Program-made: the position numbers and the translations under genes
Sequence record: OR805294.1
Direction: 5' to 3' (one strand)
Length of the DNA stretch: 64,000 nucleotides
The notes under the pieces: model-generated
The model's input: the letters and a program-made list of their open reading frames with translations, nothing else
Databases searched by the model: none
What the model was told of the DNA's origin: nothing
Shown here: positions 39,656 through 48,123 of the stretch, one piece after another
How positions within the stretch are numbered: the stretch's first letter is position 1
Layout: the number at the start of each line of letters is the position of its first letter

Positions 39656-40345
39656 GTGTCGTTAAACAAAACTAAAACTGATGCCGAACTAGGCAAAAAA
39701 GTACAGCAATATTTAATCCAACAAGGAGTAGAAACTCCTATGCAAGAGCAGACTCTAAACGTTAAAGAGCGGATAGATAAAATTGAATCTCATTTTGTTG
39801 AAATTATGAATGCACTTGCGTTGGATCTTTCTGACGATAGTCTTGCAGAAACGCCTCGCCGAGTAGCAAAAATGTATGTATCTGAGATATTCTATGGGTT
39901 GGATTATGAGGCATTTCCTAAATGCACTACTATTGAAAATAAATTTAATGCAAATGAAATGGTCTTAGTAAAAGATATAGATTTATATTCTCAGTGCGAA
40001 CATCATATTTTACCAATAATTTCTGGATCATCTTCCGGTAGAGGTGGAATATCGGTTGCTTATATTCCTAAAAATAAAGTAATAGGTCTCTCTAAATTAA
40101 ATAGAGTGGCAGAATTTTTCTGCAAGCGACCTCAAGTTCAAGAACGACTCACATTGCAAATATTTCATGCATTACGGTATATTCTGGAAACAGACGATGT
40201 TGCTGTTTTGATTAACGGAAGGCATCTGTGTGTGGAATCTAGGGGCGTAGAAGATACAAGTTCGAGTACGATAACTTCTAAATTAAGTGGTGCATTTAGC
40301 AACGATCCTGCCACCCGTGCAGAATTTATGTCTCTTGTAAAATAA
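39656..40345 (+). CDS. folE: GTP cyclohydrolase I
   Basis: ETPRRVAKMY, CEHH, GLSKLNR, QVQERLT, HLCVESRGV; GTG start with SD AGGAGG. Confidence 0.95.
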   Translation: MSLNKTKTDAELGKKVQQYLIQQGVETPMQEQTLNVKERIDKIESHFVEIMNALALDLSDDSLAETPRRVAKMYVSEIFYGLDYEAFPKCTTIENKFNANEMVLVKDIDLYSQCEHHILPIISGSSSGRGGISVAYIPKNKVIGLSKLNRVAEFFCKRPQVQERLTLQIFHALRYILETDDVAVLINGRHLCVESRGVEDTSSSTITSKLSGAFSNDPATRAEFMSLVK

Positions 40346-40349
40346 CAAA

Positions 40350-40382
40350 AACTACTATGGATAGATACTATCCATAGTAGTT
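40350..40382 (+). repeat. 15-bp inverted repeat between folE and queD
   Basis: AACTACTATGGATAG-ATA-CTATCCATAGTAGTT. Confidence 0.7.
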
Positions 40383-40412
40383 ACACATAGCATATTAATA
40401 AGGAATATAAAA

Positions 40413-40931
40413 TTGTGGCAGATTAATAAAAGTTTCAGTTTTGCATATGCTCACAGAGTCCATAATCAACACTTAGATGCAGATTTAGTTGAAGACACCA
40501 AATGCAAATGCAGGCATTTACACGGACATACAGGTAAAGTAGTTATTCATTTAACTGGAACTTCTTTAGTAAACGGTATGGTAACTGATTTTAAGCATTT
40601 AGGTTTTCTTAAAAAATTTATAGATGACGTAATCGACCATAAGTTTATTATAGATGCAAACGATCCTAATTTTAGTAAGATAACCAATGCATCTAAATAT
40701 TCTACTATAAGTTTTGAGCACTATGGAATATTCGATACGTCTGAAGAAACAGTAGAACACGAAAAGGAACATGCAGATAGTTTTGTAATAGTAGATTTTG
40801 TTCCTACTGCAGAAAATTTAGCTAAATGGATTTGGGAATATGCTGAAAGCATTTTAGAACAAAAAGGTATAACTGTTTCTAAAGTAGAATGGTGGGAAAC
40901 TGATAAAGCTTGTGCAACATATATTGCATAA
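40413..40931 (+). CDS. queD: 6-carboxytetrahydropterin synthase (QueD/PTPS)
   Basis: AHR, CRHLHGH, IDHKF, PTAENLA, WET. Confidence 0.9.
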   Translation: MWQINKSFSFAYAHRVHNQHLDADLVEDTKCKCRHLHGHTGKVVIHLTGTSLVNGMVTDFKHLGFLKKFIDDVIDHKFIIDANDPNFSKITNASKYSTISFEHYGIFDTSEETVEHEKEHADSFVIVDFVPTAENLAKWIWEYAESILEQKGITVSKVEWWETDKACATYIA

Positions 40932-40948
40932 TATAAAGGTAGATATAA

Positions 40949-42175
40949 ATGTCGAAAGAAACATGCTCTTATTGCAATAAAGGCAAAGATGATGTGTCTA
41001 AGTTGTTTCGTAGCCCTGCTAAATATGGATCAAATGTATATATATGTGACCAGTGTGTAACTCAGTGCAACAATTTTTTAGAAACTGCTGAAACAAATGA
41101 TCGGGAATCTAATAAATTAGAAATAAAATACACACCTGAAGAACTAAAGGAATTGCTAGATAAAGACATTGTAGGGCAAGATCACGCAAAAGAATTACTA
41201 AGTCTAGCAGTGTATAATCATTATAAACGGGTAAACTATAACACTACTGAACATGATGTAGAGTTATCTAAATCTAACATAATGCTACTGGGACCTTCAG
41301 GCAGCGGTAAGACATTTTTAATATCTAGTATATCTAAATTGTTAAACATACCTTTTGTTTCTGTAGATTCTACTTCGCTAACAGAGGCAGGATATGTCGG
41401 CGATCATGTAGAGACTATATTTACTAGATTAATCGCAGAAGCAAATGGTGACATAGAACTAGCGCAACGTGGAATCGTATTTATAGATGAAATAGATAAG
41501 AAACGTTCTAAAAAAGGAACAAATTCTGCAGGATCTGATGTTTCCGGCGAAGGTGTCCAACAGTCTTTACTTCGGGTGCTAGAAGGAACAACAATTAAGT
41601 TAGAACTAAATTCTAACAGTATGTTTAGTCCTAGACAGGAAATTATGTTTGACACAACTAACGTTTTGTTTATAGTTGGCGGCGCATTTATAGGATTAGA
41701 TGCAGTAATAAATAAAAGACTTAGTTCTACTAAATCTCAAATGGGATTTGGTTCCGAAGCTGGTAAACCCATAGAAGGTAGTTTATTCTATGTAGAACCG
41801 GAAGATTTGTATACATACGGTTTTATAAGAGAATTTGTGGGGAGATTTCCTGTTCTTATTGCGTTTCATGATGTAACAGAGACTATGCTTCGTCGAATTC
41901 TAGTAGAGCCTAAAAGTTCTATACTTAAACAATATCAAACTATGTTTAAATTAGATAACATTGAATTAGAATTCGATGAAGATTTTATAAAATCTGTTGC
42001 TACTACAGCGTTTAATAGGAAAACAGGCGCACGTGGTTTAAGAACTATTTTAGAAAAAGAACTATCTAGTATAGCATATAGATTGCCTTCTATAAGACGA
42101 GAAGGGTTTAGCAAGATTATTATACACGAACTAGGAAAACATAATTTCATAAAAGGGCAAAATGAAGACATTTAA
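40949..42175 (+). CDS. clpX: ClpX AAA+ unfoldase
   Basis: C4 zinc domain CSYC...ICDQC, GPSGSGKT, EAGYVG, FIDEID, DVSGEGVQQSLL, MGF loop, TGARGLR. Confidence 0.96.
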   Translation: MSKETCSYCNKGKDDVSKLFRSPAKYGSNVYICDQCVTQCNNFLETAETNDRESNKLEIKYTPEELKELLDKDIVGQDHAKELLSLAVYNHYKRVNYNTTEHDVELSKSNIMLLGPSGSGKTFLISSISKLLNIPFVSVDSTSLTEAGYVGDHVETIFTRLIAEANGDIELAQRGIVFIDEIDKKRSKKGTNSAGSDVSGEGVQQSLLRVLEGTTIKLELNSNSMFSPRQEIMFDTTNVLFIVGGAFIGLDAVINKRLSSTKSQMGFGSEAGKPIEGSLFYVEPEDLYTYGFIREFVGRFPVLIAFHDVTETMLRRILVEPKSSILKQYQTMFKLDNIELEFDEDFIKSVATTAFNRKTGARGLRTILEKELSSIAYRLPSIRREGFSKIIIHELGKHNFIKGQNEDI

Positions 42176-42368
42176 TATAATTACTGGTCTTACTGTAGAA
42201 GTAAGACACGATAACTTTAACCAAGCACTTAGAACTTTTACTAAAAAGGTTCAAAATTCAGGAAAATTAAAAGAAGTTCGAGAACGCGAATTCTATGAAA
42301 AGCCTTCTGTAAAAAAGACAAAAGCTAAAAAAGCAGCAATTCAACGCCAGAAAAAGAAAAAAATATAA
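42162..42368 (+). CDS. rpsU: Ribosomal protein bS21
   Basis: VEVR..NFNQALRTF.KK...RE.EFYEKPS..K..K.AA. Confidence 0.88.
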   Translation: MKTFNIITGLTVEVRHDNFNQALRTFTKKVQNSGKLKEVREREFYEKPSVKKTKAKKAAIQRQKKKKI

Positions 42369-42370
42369 TA

Positions 42371-42706
42371 ATGGATCTTTGCAGAATTTTAAATAATGAA
42401 CTTATGTTTTGCAGAAATCGTAGGAATAAACTCTATTATAGCATCCGGCAATTGAATAACGTTGACATTCCTGTAGATCCTGCAGATTCTTTACTTATTT
42501 TCAGCATAAAAAAGGATATAGAACAGCTCCAATCTTATAAAGATGTTATATCCGAATGCAGCAGACTTGAACAACGTATAATCTGTATAGATAAAACTGT
42601 GCAGCATATCCGTCGGTATTGCAACCACGAATTTGTGTATCACAATACTAATTATCATACAAATACAGATGCAGAAAAATGCATTTATTGCGGATTAATA
42701 ATTTAA
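42371..42706 (+). CDS. Hypothetical protein with C-terminal Cys/His cluster
   Basis: CNHEF...CIYCG. Confidence 0.55.
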   Translation: MDLCRILNNELMFCRNRRNKLYYSIRQLNNVDIPVDPADSLLIFSIKKDIEQLQSYKDVISECSRLEQRIICIDKTVQHIRRYCNHEFVYHNTNYHTNTDAEKCIYCGLII

Positions 42707-42707
42707 T

Positions 42708-43178
42708 ATGGCATATTTTTCGACTAAGAGATTTGGACCTATTTCCACCGGTCATCGTCAATGGAAAGATACGGGTCATTGCAGCAGAATACACGGCTAC
42801 GGAAGAACAGTGAAGATTATTTTTTCTGCTACTACATTAGATGATAAAATGTGGGTAGTAGATTTTGGTGGATTAAAAGATTTTAGGAAATGGCTTGAAG
42901 AACAATGGGATCATAATGTTTTAGTTGCATCTGACGATCCCAAGTTAAATATACTTAAACAAATGGAACAAGAAGGTCTAGTTAAATTAAATATAATGGA
43001 TGTTAAAAAAGGTCATGGTCCTGGGATAGAAGGTTCATGTAAGCATTTGTTTGACTATTTAAATCCTATTATAGAAAAGCATTCTGGCGGAAGATGTTGG
43101 GTCCATAGTATAGAAATATGGGAACACGAAAACAATTCCGCTATATATGAAACGTATAAGTCAACATTTAAAAGATAA
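42708..43178 (+). CDS. Second, divergent QueD/PTPS-family protein
   Basis: GHRQW, CSRIHGY, VDFGGLK, WDH, WEHENNSA. Confidence 0.85.
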   Translation: MAYFSTKRFGPISTGHRQWKDTGHCSRIHGYGRTVKIIFSATTLDDKMWVVDFGGLKDFRKWLEEQWDHNVLVASDDPKLNILKQMEQEGLVKLNIMDVKKGHGPGIEGSCKHLFDYLNPIIEKHSGGRCWVHSIEIWEHENNSAIYETYKSTFKR

Positions 43179-43185
43179 ATAACAT

Positions 43186-43256
43186 TAGTATTCCACGAGG
43201 AATACTATACAACGAGTGCCATATTGGGCTCACACTATATCTTGCGTAAAGGAGAT
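43186..43256 (+). promoter_or_regulatory. ROSE-like RNA thermometer candidate in hsp20 leader
   Basis: Three hairpins; the last pairs ATCTT(G)C with GGAGAT, leaving a bulged G opposite the SD. Confidence 0.55.
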
Positions 43257-43261
43257 TAAAA

Positions 43262-43693
43262 ATGCAAAAACATGTTATAATGTCATCTAACCTAGCTAAT
43301 TATAGATATGCACTAGGTGCAACTGATTTACTTAATACTATTACTAATGAACTTAGTAGCCAGAAGTTTCCTCCCCATAATTTGATAAAGAATGCAGACG
43401 GTAGCTATTGTCTTGAATTAGCTCTTGCCGGTTATGATAAATCCGAGCTAGATGTTTATGTAGATAGTAGAGAACGACTGTTAGTAATAGAAACAAAACC
43501 GGAACGAATTTTTAAAACTGAAGTAGAATACGAACACAAAGGTATTTCTAGTAAAGATTTTTCTGTCAAATTCAGACTTGTAGACGATCTTATAAATATA
43601 TCTTCGTGCGGTATGAAAAATGGCATTCTAACAATAAAAATTCAACCGCCAAGTCCTGCAGAATCACAACGAAAAGTAATTGATATAGAATAA
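43262..43693 (+). CDS. Small heat-shock protein (Hsp20/IbpA-like)
   Basis: FPPHNL, LELALAGY, HKGIS, NGILTI. Confidence 0.92.
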   Translation: MQKHVIMSSNLANYRYALGATDLLNTITNELSSQKFPPHNLIKNADGSYCLELALAGYDKSELDVYVDSRERLLVIETKPERIFKTEVEYEHKGISSKDFSVKFRLVDDLINISSCGMKNGILTIKIQPPSPAESQRKVIDIE

Positions 43694-43700
43694 TGTTTAC

Positions 43701-43732
43701 AAATAAAAAGCTGGTATTCCAGCTTTTTATTT
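43701..43732. terminator. Intrinsic terminator after hsp20
   Basis: 14-bp stem AAATAAAAAGCTGG/CCAGCTTTTTATTT. Confidence 0.8.
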
Positions 43733-43743
43733 TGCTATATAAC

Positions 43744-43771
43744 TTGACGACACTGTTTAAACATATATAAT
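43744..43771 (+). promoter_or_regulatory. Sigma70 promoter of clpS
   Basis: TTGACG-16 bp-TATAAT. Confidence 0.7.
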
Positions 43772-43807
43772 AATGTGTATCAATTACGATCAACTTGGGA
43801 TTTAAAA

Positions 43808-44110
43808 ATGACTGTAAAGGTAGCTAATAAAGTTGAAACTTCGTCTACTGTATTTCAACCTAAGAAATATAATGTAGTTTTCCACAACGATAACAAAACC
43901 ACTATGGAATTTGTTATGCAATTGTTAGTATATATATATGACTACGATGCATCTAGCGCATATAATACAATGATGGAAGTACATGAACGCGGCGCAAAGA
44001 TTGTAGGCAGCTATACAAAAGAAATTGCAGAATCGAAACAGTCTAAATCTGTTCAACTTGCTATTAACAACGGTTATCCTGATTTTAAAGTAACTGTAGA
44101 AGAATCGTAA
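43808..44110 (+). CDS. clpS: N-degron adaptor ClpS
   Basis: PKKYNVVFHNDNKTTMEFV...MMEVHERG; ATG 43808 preferred. Confidence 0.92.
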   Translation: MTVKVANKVETSSTVFQPKKYNVVFHNDNKTTMEFVMQLLVYIYDYDASSAYNTMMEVHERGAKIVGSYTKEIAESKQSKSVQLAINNGYPDFKVTVEES

Positions 44111-44122
44111 TACAGCAAAAAC

Positions 44123-44142
44123 GGGGGTAGACACCTACCCCC
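44123..44142 (+). terminator. GC-rich hairpin after clpS
   Basis: GGGGGTAG-ACAC-CTACCCCC. Confidence 0.6.
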
Positions 44143-44184
44143 TTCCCTATTATAATAAATAAAGCATATAGGGATATAAGAATT

Positions 44185-44733
44185 ATGAATGATTCCATAA
44201 AGAAATACATATCTATTGCAGAAGCTGCATCGTCCGTAAAGAAAATTCCTATCCCGTATTCCGTAAGTAGTCTTAGTCCTACTTTCTCTAAAGATTTAGT
44301 AGAACTACATTACGGAACACTCTATTCTAATTACATATCTTCGGTAAACAAAGACCCCAGTAATAAATTTTCGTTTGCAGGTGCATACTTGCATGGAATT
44401 TATTTTAGTCAATTTACTGATTCTCAAAAAAGATATTCTCCTTCTGGGATATTGTTAAAAGATATAAAATCTAAATTTACTTCATTTTCTAAATTTAAAA
44501 ATGAGGTTATATCTGCATGCATGGATGTTCATGGTTCCGGATGGATTTATGTTTCTAATACCCTTGTAATAAAGGAAATCCCAAATCACGAAGTAAGAGA
44601 CGATATATTCTTACTTATTGATTGTTGGGAGCATGCATATATGCTCGATTATAAAGCAGACAAGAAGTCATACTACGAGAATATATGGAATATATTTAAT
44701 TGGGAATATCTGGAGGGTATGTATTCTCAATAA
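44185..44733 (+). CDS. sod: Fe/Mn superoxide dismutase
   Basis: Ligand motifs LHY, LH and DCWEHAY, plus GSGW. Confidence 0.9.
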   Translation: MNDSIKKYISIAEAASSVKKIPIPYSVSSLSPTFSKDLVELHYGTLYSNYISSVNKDPSNKFSFAGAYLHGIYFSQFTDSQKRYSPSGILLKDIKSKFTSFSKFKNEVISACMDVHGSGWIYVSNTLVIKEIPNHEVRDDIFLLIDCWEHAYMLDYKADKKSYYENIWNIFNWEYLEGMYSQ

Positions 44734-44752
44734 ATAACTTCGGTGAATACTT

Positions 44753-45037
44753 ATGAGAACTAAAAAGCATTGGGATGAATGCCTCTTTTCTTTATCTTAT
44801 GAAACTGCACAACACATGGCATTTGAATTAAAGGAATTTGCCAAGCAAGCAGGATTTAATCCAAACGGTATTAAAGTATTGTCGAAAAAACAAATTCATA
44901 AATATGTAAAAGCTGATGCAGCTATTATGTGGGGCGAAGGTCCAGAGTGTTGGGCTAATTCGTTATTGTTTAAAGATTTATTAGGAGTATACGTATCTAC
45001 CTATAAGGGTAACACAATTCTATTTCATGACAGGTAA
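44753..45037 (+). CDS. Hypothetical protein
   Basis: 94-aa ORF. Confidence 0.55.
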   Translation: MRTKKHWDECLFSLSYETAQHMAFELKEFAKQAGFNPNGIKVLSKKQIHKYVKADAAIMWGEGPECWANSLLFKDLLGVYVSTYKGNTILFHDR

Positions 45038-45046
45038 TGCAAATAA

Positions 45047-45340
45047 ATGATAGATATACACACTATTGGAAAAGATTACACAGTAATCAATAAAAGAAAT
45101 GGTGTATCTGTAACAGTTAGTGTGGTATTTTATAAAGATATTTTACGCAATATAAAACCATATTCTATAACTCAACCTATAGACCAATATGTAATTTATG
45201 TTTGTGAACAAATTAAACCAACTAAACCATATCACTGGCATACTAATTATTCGGAAACTATTAACTTAGAACATTTAATAAAAGAAACATTACAGAATAA
45301 TAAACAATTATTAATAATACAAGATTTATATACAGACTGA
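45047..45340 (+). CDS. Hypothetical protein
   Basis: 97-aa ORF. Confidence 0.5.
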   Translation: MIDIHTIGKDYTVINKRNGVSVTVSVVFYKDILRNIKPYSITQPIDQYVIYVCEQIKPTKPYHWHTNYSETINLEHLIKETLQNNKQLLIIQDLYTD

Positions 45341-45407
45341 TATGGATAGCTTTTGCAAAAAAAAGCTTGAAGATCGACACAAACGCATGACGTAATAAGG
45401 ATTATAA

Positions 45408-45635
45408 ATGAAAACATTTGATTTTACTTTTGGAGTATATAGAGCTAAACAGTGTGAATGGAAAGGAAATTCTAAAACACAATGCGGAGCAAAACCTATA
45501 GAAGGCAAAGCATATTGTTTAGAACACTTTAAAAAGGCATATGTTAATATTTCTGAAGAAATGTTAGATAAACAAACAGAAGCACAGTTAAAGAAATTAG
45601 AAAAAGAAATGCCTGTGGTAATCGAAGAAGAGTAA
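45408..45635 (+). CDS. Small Cys/His-motif protein
   Basis: CEW...CG...YCLEH (GcrA C-terminal-like pattern). Confidence 0.55.
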   Translation: MKTFDFTFGVYRAKQCEWKGNSKTQCGAKPIEGKAYCLEHFKKAYVNISEEMLDKQTEAQLKKLEKEMPVVIEEE

Positions 45636-45666
45636 AAACAATCCCCGCAATTGCGGGGATTGTTTT
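45635..45666. terminator. Perfect 32-bp palindrome, probable bidirectional terminator
   Basis: AAAACAATCCCCGCAA|TTGCGGGGATTGTTTT. Confidence 0.75.
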
Positions 45667-45680
45667 ATAAGGAGATAAAA

Positions 45681-46325
45681 TTGGAACTTAAAACAAATGA
45701 ACAGAAATCTATAATAGGAACATTTGCAACTTTAATGTTAACTAGAATATTTGCAGCCGCTGGCGCATATTTAGCATTAACTATGCCAATTCTTAATATG
45801 AATTTACTTGTGTGTATATTTTCATATTTTGCTATAATGTTTATTATAGATTGTATTAGAACAAATGTGTATGTGTCTATTGTAGGGAGTGTATTTTTAT
45901 TATTTTGGCAAGGAATAACATTAGGGAATGGATTAACTGCGTTACTAGGGGAAGTAGCGCCATTATTAGTTTTAGTTATGTTTACTATAAGTTCGTTTTT
46001 ATATATGTTTCTTTGTGCAAACGCAATTATGTCAAAAAACATTTTTAGTTTCGCGTCGTCATTTAATGTTTCTATAGCAATGACTTTGCTTGTGACTATA
46101 GTAATGTCCATATTATTAGATCTATCAGTCAGTTATTGTATAGGCAGTATGATAATAAACGTGATTAATTGCGTGGTAATACTCAAAACATTAGAAGATT
46201 GTATAAACGAAAAATGTGAAAATATATCTATGCAAAAACTATCTACAACTGTAGTATTATTTTGGTACGATACAATAATGGAGTCTATAGAGAAACTTTT
46301 AAAACTATTTACATATAAGCGGTAA
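45681..46325 (+). CDS. YccA/Bax-inhibitor-1-like multipass membrane protein
   Basis: About 7 hydrophobic segments; recognisable similarity to E. coli YccA; TTG start after AGGAG; directly upstream of ftsH. Confidence 0.6.
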   Translation: MELKTNEQKSIIGTFATLMLTRIFAAAGAYLALTMPILNMNLLVCIFSYFAIMFIIDCIRTNVYVSIVGSVFLLFWQGITLGNGLTALLGEVAPLLVLVMFTISSFLYMFLCANAIMSKNIFSFASSFNVSIAMTLLVTIVMSILLDLSVSYCIGSMIINVINCVVILKTLEDCINEKCENISMQKLSTTVVLFWYDTIMESIEKLLKLFTYKR

Positions 46326-46365
46326 ACAGTTATATTACACACATAACCCCTTATAGGATCAAATA

Positions 46366-48096
46366 ATGCAACATATTGTTAAGTTCATAAAAAATAACAG
46401 ATTTATTATTTTATTTCTTGTAATATGCATAACTGGACTTGCGTTAACGATTAATTACAAGCCGACTAGTGTGTCTATAAACACCTTTTTATCAGACGCA
46501 ACGAGCGGTAAAATAATTAGTGTTAAATTAAAAGAAGATGGACAAACACTACAGTATGTTACTAATACCTCAGACAGAAGAAAAGTAACATTCCCCGGAG
46601 ATACAAGTAAATTAATAGAATCATTTCTTGAAGCAGGTGTTCCTGTAGTAACAGAAGAACCTTCTACTCTTAGTCCATTCCTTACTAGTTTGGTGTCTGG
46701 ACTTATAGTAATGTTAGTATTTTTAATTTTAATGGTATTCGTTTTGAAGCGAATGGGTCCTGGTTCTTCATTAGATGCAAAAAGTAAATCCAAACTTCGC
46801 AAGATAGAACCAAAAGACATCGAAGTAACGTTTAACGATGTAGCTGGTCATACTCACGAAATAAATGAAGTAAAAGAGTTAGTTGATTTTATTGCTCATC
46901 GAACTAAGTATTCTAGCATGGGAATAGATGTTCCTCGCGGAATTCTAATGCACGGCAGCCCAGGCGTCGGGAAAACACTCTTAGCAAAGGCAATGGCAAA
47001 AGAGGCAAATGTTAATTTTTTCTATGTTGCTGGATCTGAGTTTAATGATACATTTGTCGGTGTAGGTGCAAACCGTGTAACAGATATGTTTAAAAAAGCA
47101 AAGGAAGCTGCGCCGTGCATTATTTTCATAGACGAAATTGATGCACTTGCACAACAACGTTCTACTAAAATATCTAATGGGTCAGACCAAACACTCAATC
47201 AGTTATTAGTAGAAATGGATGGAATGCAAGATAACGATGGTATTACAATTCTTGCAGCTACTAATAGACTAGATATATTAGACCCGGCTGTTATTCGTCC
47301 TAAACGATTTGACAGAATTGTTCAACTAAGTTTACCCGATGTGGGGATTAGACAGAAGATTTTAGAAATAAATGCAAATGGAAAAACATTTGAAGACAAT
47401 GTAGATTTTTCAGTAATAGCAAAAGGAACTCCAGGATTCTCTGGTGCTGAGTTAGCTAAACTAGTCAATGAGGCTGCAATCTATGCAGTAAGGTCTGGAC
47501 AAACTGTAATTACCCAGGAGCATATAGAACGAGCAAAAGATAAGGTGTTAATGGGTGAAAATTCGACAAAGAAATATACCCAAGAAGAATTGCTTCGTAC
47601 TGCATACCATGAAGCCGGTCATGCAATATCAGGTGTAATTTACAAATCTAATGATAACTTGCATAAAGTATCTATCATTCCTCGAGGTCTAGCACTAGGT
47701 GTAACTGTATTTCTTCCTAACGAAGAGCCTTCTGTTAGCAAAGAGCAGCTCATGAATAAATTAGTTACTTTAATGGCAGGCCGTGCAGCAGAAGAACTCA
47801 TATACGGTGAGTCTGCAATATCCACCGGCGCGAGTTCAGATATAAAGAGAGCAACCGAACTTGCAGTATACATGACTACATCGTGTGGTTTCGGTAGTAT
47901 AGGACCGGTTGCGACATCGACCCTGTCTAGTTTGCAATCTAGTGCAGAACAAGATGCAGCAATTCTAGTAAAAGATGCGTACAATAAGGCCATAACATTA
48001 CTTTCGGATAAAAAGGCTGAATTAAAACTTGTAGCAGACTTGTTAATGGAAAAAGAAACAATAGATTGTGCAGAAGTAGAACAAGTTCTTGCATAA
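46366..48096 (+). CDS. ftsH: ATP-dependent zinc metalloprotease FtsH
   Basis: Two TM segments, GSPGVGKT, FIDEID, SRH AATNR...RFDR, HEAGH, TGASSD. Confidence 0.96.
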   Translation: MQHIVKFIKNNRFIILFLVICITGLALTINYKPTSVSINTFLSDATSGKIISVKLKEDGQTLQYVTNTSDRRKVTFPGDTSKLIESFLEAGVPVVTEEPSTLSPFLTSLVSGLIVMLVFLILMVFVLKRMGPGSSLDAKSKSKLRKIEPKDIEVTFNDVAGHTHEINEVKELVDFIAHRTKYSSMGIDVPRGILMHGSPGVGKTLLAKAMAKEANVNFFYVAGSEFNDTFVGVGANRVTDMFKKAKEAAPCIIFIDEIDALAQQRSTKISNGSDQTLNQLLVEMDGMQDNDGITILAATNRLDILDPAVIRPKRFDRIVQLSLPDVGIRQKILEINANGKTFEDNVDFSVIAKGTPGFSGAELAKLVNEAAIYAVRSGQTVITQEHIERAKDKVLMGENSTKKYTQEELLRTAYHEAGHAISGVIYKSNDNLHKVSIIPRGLALGVTVFLPNEEPSVSKEQLMNKLVTLMAGRAAEELIYGESAISTGASSDIKRATELAVYMTTSCGFGSIGPVATSTLSSLQSSAEQDAAILVKDAYNKAITLLSDKKAELKLVADLLMEKETIDCAEVEQVLA

Positions 48097-48123
48097 TATT
48101 AAGTAATTAAATAAGGCACTATT

